In this document: piece by piece, positions 30,701-38,668 of the stretch | Numbering within the stretch: the first letter of the stretch is position 1 | Layout of the letters: every line of letters begins with the position of its first letter | Assembly: GCA_003251635.1 (NCBI GenBank) | Contig: QKEW01000008.1 | Location: forward strand, 110,860 to 174,859 | Length of the DNA: 64,000 nt | Source of the DNA: a bacterium | GTDB taxonomy: Bacteria; Patescibacteriota; Minisyncoccia; Moranbacterales; GWC2-37-73 | Direction: 5' to 3' | Translations under genes and position numbers: made by a program | The notes under the pieces: generated by a model | What the model was told of the DNA's origin: nothing | Database searches by the model: none | Seen by the model: the letters and a program-made list of their open reading frames with translations, nothing else

Positions 30701-30765
30701 GAATTTTGAAAGTTATGGAAGGCGAAACGACCTTGGAAGAAGTGGGCAGGATGGTTGGGGAATAA
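27745..30765 (+). CDS. Tandem-fused double PilB/GspE-type secretion ATPase (two complete ATPase modules in one 1006-aa protein)
   Basis: Two Walker A motifs (TGPTGSGKTTTLYAII; TGPTGSGKTTTLYSIL). Two Walker B/Asp boxes, two His boxes (GHLVLSTLHTNNA; GHAIFSTLHTNDA) and two Cys4 zinc clusters (CEHC..CPKC; CECK..CEKC). N-terminal GSPII_E_N-like domain. Confidence 0.85.
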   Translation: MVKVDKNNSSGFAQSDDTDKLLRKMRDESEEQQAARIADENKLTYIDLNIFPVSIEDVRTVSFEDSKKYQITVFQKTGREVHVALIDPKNKETLDFIESLKNDNGWNMHIYVISLSSLKKIWKRYEEAPFMASLEKMQISLTGSDLEKFEQDFGGLLELKKKIRDIPTTQVVTIIMAGAVKMKASDVHFEPQKEQVRLRFRIDGVLQEIGDLPPDIYRFILSRIKMMGKMKINVRDMAQDGHFSIDLENGGFNVRVNTIPGNHGESIVMRLLNQSDIMLSVEDLGLRGLAYEQLQKQIEQPNGMILTTGPTGSGKTTTLYAIINKLNTPDIKIITIEDPIEYEVKGISQTQIEKDRNYTFAEGLRAIVRQDPDVILVGEIRDEETSDISVNAALTGHLVLSTLHTNNAPASIPRFIELGVKPNLIAPSVNAFIAQRLVRKLCEHCKEAYTPAQETISSIKKILSIISPKAKVEIPKNIEKLYRPVGCPKCHNLGYKGRIGIFEVLTINEEIEKLILEMGGEREIAQAAMEDGMITMAQDGILKAVSGETSMEEVWRATGQSEFLETIYEKLMEQSLSRSITVSENDLQKVSQNLDSIEKLGELIKGANQKAIAKYIFASSLLLGVGDIHIEPEEKDVKIRYRIDGILQTIATIPLDEYPSFLGEIKFLSGFKADVRDGVKDSRFAIELEKPFEKLTETKVDVRVSIILGGFGETVVMRLLSKSAVALDLTKLGIRQQTLDKIMHVIKKPNGIFLNTGPTGSGKTTTLYSILGILNQPEVKIITVEDPIEYQMEGVLQTQVNEEANYTFSTALRSLLRQNPDIMMIGEIRDNETANIAVQAALTGHAIFSTLHTNDAAASIHRLLNMEVESDDLATAINALMAQRLGRKLCECKEKVMPTAEEKKHIEEVLATISQKAGVEIPKVEFIYKPKGCEKCNHIGYRGRTTITEVLVVDRDVQELISTHALSSQIKDKAVENGMITMLQDGILKVMEGETTLEEVGRMVGE

Positions 30766-30855
30766 GCGATATTTTTTAGTATTAGGGATATTTATATCCC
30801 ACAGTTTAGTTGATAATCTTTTGACTTTTTAATCCATCTCTTTGTTTTTTTATCT

Positions 30856-30881
30856 AACTTTTCTTGGCGCCAAGAAAAGTT
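30856..30881. promoter_or_regulatory. 26-bp perfect palindrome AACTTTTCTTGGCGCCAAGAAAAGTT (candidate operator)
   Basis: Read directly; perfect dyad in 350-bp intergenic region. Confidence 0.4.
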
Positions 30882-31061
30882 ACAAAAGAAGCGCGAACAT
30901 GACTCGCGCTGTTGAAATTTCTAACTCTGCTCGCTAAAATTTTAAACATGGGTTATTCAAACCACGAAAAATTTTGGCCGCTCACAGAGTTGAAATTTCC
31001 AAACGCGCTTCGTAATATTCGAAGAAATTCATTTTAAATGCAAGTTAATTTGAATTTTTGA

Positions 31062-31103
31062 ATAAAAAAACGCCCCCTGACTCTTTGCGAGCGCAGGGGG
31101 GTG
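31062..31103 (-). terminator. Intrinsic terminator for the minus-strand small-secreted-protein genes (CGCCCCCTG...CAGGGGGG + T-run on minus strand)
   Basis: GC stem and poly-T (minus-strand sense) immediately downstream of the gene ending at 31113. Confidence 0.6.
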
Positions 31104-31112
31104 TGTAAAACT

Positions 31113-31436
31113 TTATCGGTGCGGGTAGTATTCCAATTTCTTGGAATATCTTCCAGGACCGGATAAATCCGAGGAAGGGAATGCCTCGATTTTTATTATT
31201 ACTCCATTTTTATCTCTAAAGTGCCTGAAGTAGACACTTTCTGGATATATGGTGCGCCACTCCTCATCAGGGTAAAAACCTTCTTCTTTGATTTCTTGAT
31301 CAATATTGTGAAGAAAGTTTTTAATAGATGTGGGTATTTGCTTGGGATGGTCGGTACTTTTATCCCTGAATGAAAATGCAACAAGAAGTAGAATAATTAT
31401 TAGCACAAATGCAGTTTTTTTTATTGATATTTTCAT
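31113..31436 (-). CDS. Small secreted protein (signal peptide), possible distant paralog of the next two genes
   Basis: N-terminal hydrophobic signal; tandem with paralogs. Confidence 0.4.
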   Translation of the reverse strand: MKISIKKTAFVLIIILLLVAFSFRDKSTDHPKQIPTSIKNFLHNIDQEIKEEGFYPDEEWRTIYPESVYFRHFRDKNGVIIKIEAFPSSDLSGPGRYSKKLEYYPHR

Positions 31437-31448
31437 GAGTATTTCCCT

Positions 31449-31823
31449 TTAGTATTTTTCTGGTTCAAATCTAGTGTCTGTCCACCAGCCGATGTTAATT
31501 TCGGCCCCATTGTAATAGACAACGTCAACGTATCCATTGGGAGTTATTTCCAAGACGGACAGTTCATCATTCAGTTTTATCATAACTCCGCCTTCGGGCG
31601 TGTTGACCCATTTTCCGTAAAATGGAATCTGAGGAAATCTCAGATCCTTTAGATCAGCCAGACACTCCTCGGCTTGCTGAATGATTTCCGGAGAAATATT
31701 CAATTTTTCTTGGCAATCGGGGCAATATAGTTGTATGCTTGCCTCAAAGCCTAGGGCGTTTACCGCGGAAAAAGAAATAAAAAGCAAAAAACAAAAAGAA
31801 GTTGTTAAGAAACTTTTAAACAT
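31449..31823 (-). CDS. Small secreted Cys-containing protein, paralog family member 2
   Basis: Signal peptide; aligns with next gene (CPDC/PCEV, FPQIPFYGKW/FPPAPAFEKW, NGYVDVVYYNG/NGQVFYYSNN). AGGAG SD and conserved GGGCTATG start context. Confidence 0.55.
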   Translation of the reverse strand: MFKSFLTTSFCFLLFISFSAVNALGFEASIQLYCPDCQEKLNISPEIIQQAEECLADLKDLRFPQIPFYGKWVNTPEGGVMIKLNDELSVLEITPNGYVDVVYYNGAEINIGWWTDTRFEPEKY

Positions 31824-31892
31824 AGCCCGCTCCTTTCATTGAAAAATCGCTGGTTGAGTTACATGGAAAGGTAATTAACAAAAAAACGATTT

Positions 31893-32339
31893 TTACTGAT
31901 ATGCAGGCAAATCCCAGAAATCTGGATCCGGAGGTTCGTCTTTCTTGGGTTCGGTAGGAAATGAACACCGGAATCCATTTTGCCTAAATTTTATCAATAG
32001 GTCATCCTGTTCCTGCTCTATGGGAATGAATCCTAATTTATTCCAGGAACCAATTTTCATATTATTCTTGTTGTTTGAATAATAGAAAACCTGCCCGTTT
32101 GACTCTACCATAATGAATGATAGGTCGCAGAGAACCAGGATGGCCCCTGAATCCTGGGTGCCCCGCCATTTTTCAAAAGCTGGAGCTGGCGGGAAGCAAT
32201 TTTCATCAAGCCAAATTTCAATTTCCTTTAAAACCTCACAAGGAACCCTTAAGGGTTCCTCGTGTTGGTTCATGAACTGCCCAAAAACTGAAGTGGAACA
32301 CAAAACAATTGTAATTGTCAAAAAGCCTTTCTTGAGCAT
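31893..32339 (-). CDS. Small secreted Cys-containing protein, paralog family member 3 (true start at internal MLKKGF; track ORF is 5'-extended through a repeat)
   Basis: Signal peptide after internal Met with AGGAG SD. The upstream extension is a duplicated copy of the gene family 3' end, not coding. Confidence 0.55.
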   Translation of the reverse strand: MLKKGFLTITIVLCSTSVFGQFMNQHEEPLRVPCEVLKEIEIWLDENCFPPAPAFEKWRGTQDSGAILVLCDLSFIMVESNGQVFYYSNNKNNMKIGSWNKLGFIPIEQEQDDLLIKFRQNGFRCSFPTEPKKDEPPDPDFWDLPAYQ

Positions 32340-32403
32340 AGCCCCTCTTCTCCTTTTCGATAAAATCGCCTGTTTTAATTTAAAATAAAAAAAACGACTT
32401 CTA

Positions 32404-32550
32404 ATGATTTGCAGGCAAATCCCAGAAATTTGGATCCCCGGGGAAGCGTCAGTGTCGAGGAACAGCGCAGCCGAAACCACAGTGCCCGTGTCTTGGCAAA
32501 AAGACACCATTTGAGGACAAAAGATAGAAATCCCCAAACTGCCTGCAAAT
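32404..32550 (+). other. GC-rich about 147-bp element bounded by 13-bp inverted repeat TGATTTGCAGGCA/TGCCTGCAAATCA. Gene-3'-end remnant and/or candidate small structured RNA
   Basis: Terminal IR read directly. First 40 nt duplicates the 3' end of the gene at 31893. Internal hairpin GTGTCTT-GGCAAA-AAGACAC. Weak resemblance of GUCAGUGUCGAGGAACAGCGCAGCC to the SRP-RNA domain IV consensus. Confidence 0.2.
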
Positions 32551-32739
32551 CACTAAAAACCGTTTGATTTTTCTTTATTTAGTTGTGAACTTAACCACGA
32601 AGGTTCAGTCTAGCACAGCTTTATTTTTTTGTCAAGCGGTGTTATAATTGGTTACAAACCATTTGAGCTTATTTTTGGTTTACTAATCTTAGTACGTTTT
32701 TGGGTAGATTTTTATTTTAGATTAAAAAATATTTTTTCT

Positions 32740-33750
32740 ATGATTACCAGCAGTCAAGAAAATTCGGAGGATGTGGTTTTGGACAGCACTCTGCGGCCGC
32801 AAAAATTCGAGGAATATGTTGGCCAAGAGAAGGTTAAGGATAACCTGAGGGTTTTTATTGAGGCTGCCAAAAAAAGAGGAGATGTGATTGAACATGTGCT
32901 TCTCTATGGACCAGCCGGCCTTGGCAAAACCACTTTGGCTAATATCATTGCTAAAGAGACCGGAGTTAACATTCGGGTAACTTCCGGTCCAGCTATCGAA
33001 AGGGTTGGAGATTTGGGCTCAATCCTGACCAATCTTTCAGACGGAGATATTCTTTTCATTGACGAAATCCATCGTCTCAATAAAACCGTTGAAGAGGTGC
33101 TCTATCCGGCCATGGAGGACTACAAGTTGGATGTGATCATTGGCAAAGGCCCTTCGGCTCGAACTTTGCAATTGGATTTGCCTAAGTTCACTTTGATCGG
33201 GGCGACGACCCGTTTGGGTTCGCTTTCCAATCCGCTGCGAAGCCGCTTTGGCGCCATTCATCGTTTGGAGTTCTATACTCAAAATGAAATGGAAGAAATC
33301 ATTCGACGCAGCGGCAAGATTTTGCAGGTGCAAATGGATAGTGCCGGTTGTAGTCAAATTGCTCGTTGTTCGCGTCAAACACCACGGGTGGCCAATCGAA
33401 TTCTCAAAAGAGTGCGGGACTATTCCCAGATTTATGGAGACAATTTGATTGAAGAAAAAATTGCCAAAAAAGCTCTGGAAATGCTGGAGGTTGATCATTT
33501 TGGTTTGGAACCGACCGATCGTAATATCTTAATGACCATCATTGAAAAATTCGCTGGCGGACCGGTTGGGATTGGCACGATTGCGGCAGCCACTTCTGAG
33601 GAAGTTGAAACGATCGAAGATGTCTATGAGCCCTATCTGATTCAACTGGGATTTTTAGCTCGCACTCCACGTGGACGAGTGGTAACTGAAAATGCCTATC
33701 GACATTTGGGAAAAGATTTTCCGGTGGAAAAACAAAAAAATCTGCTATAA
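32740..33750 (+). CDS. ruvB: Holliday junction DNA helicase RuvB (start at internal MITSSQ; track ORF 5'-extended)
   Basis: AAA+ motifs [20 protein letters not shown], RuvB C-terminal winged helix. Confidence 0.9.
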   Translation: MITSSQENSEDVVLDSTLRPQKFEEYVGQEKVKDNLRVFIEAAKKRGDVIEHVLLYGPAGLGKTTLANIIAKETGVNIRVTSGPAIERVGDLGSILTNLSDGDILFIDEIHRLNKTVEEVLYPAMEDYKLDVIIGKGPSARTLQLDLPKFTLIGATTRLGSLSNPLRSRFGAIHRLEFYTQNEMEEIIRRSGKILQVQMDSAGCSQIARCSRQTPRVANRILKRVRDYSQIYGDNLIEEKIAKKALEMLEVDHFGLEPTDRNILMTIIEKFAGGPVGIGTIAAATSEEVETIEDVYEPYLIQLGFLARTPRGRVVTENAYRHLGKDFPVEKQKNLL

Positions 33751-33759
33751 TAAAAATAG

Positions 33760-33996
33760 TTGAAAACAAAAAATGTTATGATTGCAATTTTTCAAATACT
33801 CTATGCGGTGGTGATTCTGGTTTTTCTGCTTTTAAGCCTGTTTATAGTCTATCACTTGCTCAAATATTCCTATGATAAGAAAGTCACTTCTTTGATGGTG
33901 ACAATTTTTGTGGTTTTTACTGGACTTTTGATTTTTTCCAACATTATTTTGTTTCTTAATTTGCCGCTGGAGGATTTGTTCTACAATTTTCTCTAA
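33760..33996 (+). CDS. Small two-TM membrane protein
   Basis: ORF with two hydrophobic helices; weak. Confidence 0.3.
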   Translation: MKTKNVMIAIFQILYAVVILVFLLLSLFIVYHLLKYSYDKKVTSLMVTIFVVFTGLLIFSNIILFLNLPLEDLFYNFL

Positions 33997-34002
33997 AATT
34001 TC

Positions 34003-34581
34003 ATGTATAAGCTTAAGGATTTTAAATTTCAAAGCATTGGCCAATCCGAAGAAGAGGTGATTAAGGTCGTGCATCGCAATTGGTTTGACATCGCCAGTCA
34101 ATATTTTTTGGTTTTTTTGGCGACCATTATTTTTTTTGCGGGAATTTTTGTTTATCCTTGGATTTTTCCGCAATTCGATGATCCAAGTTATCGAATTTTG
34201 TTTTTGTTTGTGGAAAATGTTTTCCTATTGGCTATTTGGGTTTATTCTTTTTTGATCTGGGTGGATTATTATCTGGATATTTGGGTGGTGACCAGTGAAA
34301 GAATCATTAATATTGAACAGAAAGGCCTGTTTATTCGCCGAGTCAGTACGGCTGAATATGAAAAAATTCAGGATATCACCGTTGAAGTTAAGGGTTTTTT
34401 GCAAACGGTCATCAACTATGGAGATGTGCGGATTCAAACGGCCGGTGAATTGGAAAACATTATTTTTCGTCATGTCAGCAATCCCTATCAATTGAAAAAT
34501 CTTCTGGTAAAGCTGCAAAAAGATAAGGAGCTTCAAGAGAAGCAGGCCTTTGGGGCAATGATTCGGGGTGAGAATAAATAA
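34003..34581 (+). CDS. Membrane protein with bacterial PH-like (bPH_2/YdbT-like) domain
   Basis: Two N-terminal TM helices followed by a YdbS/YdbT-like PH-fold segment. Confidence 0.45.
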   Translation: MYKLKDFKFQSIGQSEEEVIKVVHRNWFDIASQYFLVFLATIIFFAGIFVYPWIFPQFDDPSYRILFLFVENVFLLAIWVYSFLIWVDYYLDIWVVTSERIINIEQKGLFIRRVSTAEYEKIQDITVEVKGFLQTVINYGDVRIQTAGELENIIFRHVSNPYQLKNLLVKLQKDKELQEKQAFGAMIRGENK

Positions 34582-34611
34582 AATAAAAAAACGCAGGGGG
34601 TAAAAGTTTGA

Positions 34612-36261
34612 GTGGGTTTTTGCTCAAGAAATAAAACGAAATATTTTTGGATGACGCTACTTTCAGTTTTGGGAGTAGGTTTTTTATTGAATAAAAATCA
34701 TATTTGTCTGGCTCAAAATGATGAAGGTGAGGAGGTGGCAGTTTGTGAAAGCGGCATTATTATTAATGAAATATATCCTTTTACAACGGAATTTGTGGAA
34801 TTAAAAAATATCGGTGAAGAGAAATGCGATTTATCGGGCTGGAGCATTACGGATGAATTGGGTTTTGATCCGGAAGATGTCACATTGAAAGAAAAAAGCT
34901 GGAGTTATCATCGAATATTTGCCGCCGAGAATACCTTGATTGATTCAGGCGGATATTTTGCATTTGAGGGAAATTTAAATTTGAACGATCCTGATGATAG
35001 TGTCAAACTTTTTAATTCACAAAAAGAGAAAGTTGATCAGCTTATTTATGGCAATTCGGTTAAGGGAAAATCATACAGTTTTTTCGGAGAAAAGTGGGAT
35101 TGGGTGAATCCAAGCTTAGGATTGGAAAACAGTCAGCCCCAAGTTGAAGAAGAACTAGCTTCAAGTTTGCAAATTGCCATCAAAATCGACAAAGACATCT
35201 ATCGGGACATCTATGCCGATTTTGAAGTTACGGCTAACGAAAAAGATTTTGGAGTAACTTGGGATTTTGGCGATGGACACAAGAGTTATAAGGCCGAGAC
35301 CACTCATAAATATGAAAAGATTGGAGAATATGAAGTTAGCGTGAAAGTTTCCGGTCAAGATGAAACTGTTTCCAAGCAAATGGAAATCGAAGTGGAAAAA
35401 TTTCCGGATTTGAAAGTGCGAATTGTGGCGGTTAATCCCAATCCAATTGGCGATGACAGCGAAGAAACCATAGTCATTAAAAACAAAAGTAAAAAGAAAA
35501 TCAATCTCAAAGGCTGGAGCTTGGCCACTGGAACTTCCGAAGAGGAACTGACCAATCATCCAATTCACGAAGATTTGAAAATTAGGGCCGGCAAAGAGGC
35601 GACGATCGATCGAAATGACAGCGCTTTTTCTTTAGGCAATCAAAAATCTTATATCGAGCTGCGCTATCCGGATGGACGAGTTTGCGACGATGTCGAATAC
35701 GAAAGTGAAAAAACAGTTGCCGAAGGTGCGATTTATCGAAAGGATAAAAATGGCCAATGGATTTGGGATTTGAGCGGTTTGGATGAGACTTCGGCGCTTA
35801 AGGAAAATGACTTTGGCGACGGCGAGGTCGAAACCATTTTCGGTTTTGCTCAGGAAGAAGATGCGCTGGAAACAATCAGTTTGCTTTTGGATGAATTTGA
35901 AAGGGAATGGGTTGGGATTTATGGTGAGAATGACTTAGTCCAAAACCCTGCTGATGAAGTTGCCGCGGCTTTGAAAAGTGACGCTGAAATTGAAATCGGA
36001 CAAATTTCTCCAGTTGAATTGGAAAACATGTTGGAAAAAATTTGGAAAGATTCAGCCGATAATTTTTCAGCGCCAAAGAAGTTGTCAAAAATTTCTTTGG
36101 ATAAAAATGGAATGAAAATTGAAAATAATCAAATAAAATTTACACATTCAATCAAATCGGATCCGCATTGGGTAGTCAGTTTTTGGCAGAGCTTTTCTAA
36201 TCAGGCCAACGCGAAGATAAATTCGATGCTCAACAAGCGCGAATATGAAAGTTGGGAGTGA
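34612..36261 (+). CDS. Secreted LTD-PKD-LTD protein (two lamin-tail domains flanking a PKD domain)
   Basis: LTD signatures (IINEIYPF...ELKN..C.LSGW.I; VAVNPNPIGDD...IKNKS...NLKGWSL) and PKD signature (WDFGDGHKSYKAETTHKYEKIGEYEV). Confidence 0.7.
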   Translation: MGFCSRNKTKYFWMTLLSVLGVGFLLNKNHICLAQNDEGEEVAVCESGIIINEIYPFTTEFVELKNIGEEKCDLSGWSITDELGFDPEDVTLKEKSWSYHRIFAAENTLIDSGGYFAFEGNLNLNDPDDSVKLFNSQKEKVDQLIYGNSVKGKSYSFFGEKWDWVNPSLGLENSQPQVEEELASSLQIAIKIDKDIYRDIYADFEVTANEKDFGVTWDFGDGHKSYKAETTHKYEKIGEYEVSVKVSGQDETVSKQMEIEVEKFPDLKVRIVAVNPNPIGDDSEETIVIKNKSKKKINLKGWSLATGTSEEELTNHPIHEDLKIRAGKEATIDRNDSAFSLGNQKSYIELRYPDGRVCDDVEYESEKTVAEGAIYRKDKNGQWIWDLSGLDETSALKENDFGDGEVETIFGFAQEEDALETISLLLDEFEREWVGIYGENDLVQNPADEVAAALKSDAEIEIGQISPVELENMLEKIWKDSADNFSAPKKLSKISLDKNGMKIENNQIKFTHSIKSDPHWVVSFWQSFSNQANAKINSMLNKREYESWE

Positions 36262-36270
36262 TTTGTAATT

Positions 36271-36389
36271 AACCTCCCCTCGGTCCCCTCCGCATCCCCC
36301 TCCCTTTCAAGGAGAGGGTCTGGGTGAGGTAAATTCTTGGCAAAAAGAAAATCCCCCAACAGGCGAGGCTGTCGGGGGGATAGTTTTTG
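36271..36389 (+). repeat. Island-boundary repeat copy 1: short R1 (5' box + hairpin-2 + SD region) followed by R2 terminator hairpin
   Basis: AACCTCCCCTCGGTCCCCTCC...CCCTTTCAAGGAGAGGGTCTGGGTGAGGTAAA + TTCTTGGCAAAAAGAAAATCCCCCAACAGGCGAGGCTGTCGGGGGGATAG. Near-identical to 42033-42195 apart from the R1 middle. Confidence 0.75.
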
Positions 36390-36393
36390 GGAA

Positions 36394-36606
36394 TCACTTG
36401 TAGATATAGGGAAGAATTTTTTCCCCATATCCGCGTTTTATTTGCTCAAGGCGGATGGATTTCAGTCCGTCTTTGCCGATCCAGTAGAGCTTTTTCAATC
36501 CAGTGTCAGTCATTTCCAGAAGGTCTTCAATTTTCTCAAACCCAAGCCGTTTAAGAGCGTTGATGGTTCTGTTATTCAAATTTCCCCAGGCATCTTTTTC
36601 GTTCAT
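36394..36606 (-). CDS. Stand-alone RNA polymerase alpha-CTD-like helix-hairpin-helix protein (70 aa)
   Basis: NRTINALKRLGFEKIEDLLEMTDTGLKKLYWIGKDGLKSI resembles the RpoA C-terminal HhH domain. GGAGG SD 7 nt upstream. Confidence 0.5.
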   Translation of the reverse strand: MNEKDAWGNLNNRTINALKRLGFEKIEDLLEMTDTGLKKLYWIGKDGLKSIRLEQIKRGYGEKILPYIYK

Positions 36607-36642
36607 GACAACCTCCTCGAGCTAGCAGTGATTTCGGAATTA

Positions 36643-37413
36643 TCAAAGTTCAGTTATTTTTTTTGCATCTATGATTGTGAATTTTATTTCGCACTTAACA
36701 TTTAGATTGTTTTTGAAATAATCTTCAAGCTGTTTTTGCAAAATATTCTCAAGTTCAGTTTTTGAAATGAAGTGACTGCTTGGAATTTTTCCAAGTCTTT
36801 TTTGAATTATTTTATCAATCTTATTTTTCCATGGCTGAGAAGGATCATAGAACCATCTTTCTTTCATGAAATAGGATTTTAGAACCTGAGTTAGTGAATT
36901 TAACAAATTTGGAAGTTCCTCATCCAGAATGGATATGTGAAATTTATAGATGAGATTCCAATTTTTATTTATCAATTTATGATTAAAATTTTTGTCAATT
37001 TGAATTATTTTTTCATGATGGTATTTGAGAAAATAAATATTTTTTTCTGGCAAGTATGTTATTTTTTTGGAATTGTAGATAAAAACTCGGGCATTATGGT
37101 CAAAATTTGTCTTGATAAGGTCGATGGGAATTATTAGTAAGAACAAAAATAAAAATATCAAACAAGTCACTGTCCATTTATCCTTCTTTATTTTCACTTT
37201 TGGGAAAATGCGATCCATTACCAATAAAAAAAGCAAAACTGGCAAAAGAATCAAAATTGTCGTCAAAAAAATTGGCCACTGAGTTTCTATGGCTAATAAG
37301 GAGGAAATAAAATGACCTGTTTCTATAAATGTCTTTACGGGTATCAAAATCAGAGAGAAAAAAAATAGAAAAAACACTGCAATGGTACTAAAAATTGAAC
37401 GGATTATAGTCAT
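36643..37413 (-). CDS. Membrane protein, hypothetical (N-terminal TM helices)
   Basis: ORF with GGAGG SD. Leader about 35 nt conserved with that of 36394..36606. Confidence 0.45.
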   Translation of the reverse strand: MTIIRSIFSTIAVFFLFFFSLILIPVKTFIETGHFISSLLAIETQWPIFLTTILILLPVLLFLLVMDRIFPKVKIKKDKWTVTCLIFLFLFLLIIPIDLIKTNFDHNARVFIYNSKKITYLPEKNIYFLKYHHEKIIQIDKNFNHKLINKNWNLIYKFHISILDEELPNLLNSLTQVLKSYFMKERWFYDPSQPWKNKIDKIIQKRLGKIPSSHFISKTELENILQKQLEDYFKNNLNVKCEIKFTIIDAKKITEL

Positions 37414-37428
37414 GACAACCTCCCTTGG

Positions 37429-37836
37429 CTAGCAGTGATTTCGGAATTTTTCGTAGTGGGGATATTTTTCAAAGAAAATTTTCTTTTCTTTTTTGAACAC
37501 AAAATATCTTCCCAAAAATAAAAACAAAATTAACAAAATTGCTAACAAATTACATGTGGCAATAAAATTGATGCTGTATTTATTAAAAAGTAAAAAAATA
37601 AACAGTGTTCCTGCTGCTGCATAGTAATAAAACACTATTCGTGCAAATTTTTTTAACCGTTTTTCACTTCCTGCTTCACTCCAGTCTTTCCAAAATTTCT
37701 CGCGTTCTTTATTGCAAAATTTTCTGTCAATCAGTTCCATTTGTCCACATTCGGGACATTTTTCCCAGAGGGCGGTTCCGCAATGTCCGCAAAAATTCGG
37801 ACCGGCGGTTTCTTTTTGGCACTTTGAGCAAATCAT
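37429..37836 (-). CDS. Zinc-ribbon membrane protein (CxxC x4 N-terminal, two C-terminal TM helices)
   Basis: CSKC...CGHC...CPEC...C motif then hydrophobic helices; related leader/SD. Confidence 0.5.
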   Translation of the reverse strand: MICSKCQKETAGPNFCGHCGTALWEKCPECGQMELIDRKFCNKEREKFWKDWSEAGSEKRLKKFARIVFYYYAAAGTLFIFLLFNKYSINFIATCNLLAILLILFLFLGRYFVFKKEKKIFFEKYPHYEKFRNHC

Positions 37837-38191
37837 GGCAATCTCCCTTGGTTAGTCTAGCCATATTCTTTTTATTTTGATTAAAACCGTGGCGCAGATG
37901 GAAGAATAAACTAAAATGAGAATTCCTATTGCAATTATTGTTTGCCAGTCCCAATTAAATTCCAGGGACGTTTCAAAAATAGAAATGACAAAAAGAAAAT
38001 AACTTTCTTTGATTATGCTTAAACTTATGGCAATCAATAATCCTGGCAGCGCGAAGGTGGTGATTTTAATCCAGGGTTTTAATTCCTTAGTATCTTTAAT
38101 GAGGCATGATGGTATTTGCTAACAGCCAACATTATAAATAATAAAATAAAACCGGCAGTTGCAAGCAGGGTCGACATAGTAAAGCAAAAAA

Positions 38192-38467
38192 TTAACTCCA
38201 TGATTCTTCTCCTTTCAAATTTCTTTGATTAATTTTTTTATTCAGATAAACTGTTAGCCAAACAAAAAATACATCGATAGAAGTTCTGATTACTAGTGAA
38301 ATCGTTGGGTGTGATATTAGATAGGGTTGGATCAAAAAACTTATTTGCAAGCCATTGGTTATAAGGAAAATACTGAATAATATTCGCATATAACGCCTGC
38401 CTGGATCCCAAAAACTTCCCAGACCCAAAAAAGCAGTAACAGCCATGTTTAAAAGTAATTCTCCCAT
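38192..38467 (-). CDS. Small membrane protein, hypothetical
   Basis: ORF with three hydrophobic segments; weak. Confidence 0.3.
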   Translation of the reverse strand: MGELLLNMAVTAFLGLGSFWDPGRRYMRILFSIFLITNGLQISFLIQPYLISHPTISLVIRTSIDVFFVWLTVYLNKKINQRNLKGEESWS

Positions 38468-38668
38468 GTGACACCTCCCGTGGTTAAATTGTCAAAGAAA
38501 ATGTTTCTTGATCTACAAGGAAACAGGTAATTTTCCCTAAAAATTAACAAATTGTCAACGAAAAATTGTAAAATATGGTCTAAAATCAGCCAAAATAAGG
38601 AAAAATAATAAAATTTCATCAATAATATTGACAAAAATGGGGAATTGGAGTATGATGATTTTATAATT

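Noticed and set aside
32430-32445. GGATCCCCGGGG resembles a cloning-vector polylinker (BamHI-SmaI), hinting at vector contamination
   Set aside because: Only about 11 nt match. Flanking sequence does not continue into pUC-type MCS, and a related GGATCC-containing copy occurs at 31920 within a native gene end.
36337-36705. 122-aa plus-strand ORF starting inside the R1/R2 repeat
   Set aside because: Begins with a TTG inside the terminator hairpin and runs antisense to the better-supported alpha-CTD-like gene, which has a GGAGG SD and a recognisable HhH motif. It is a shadow ORF.
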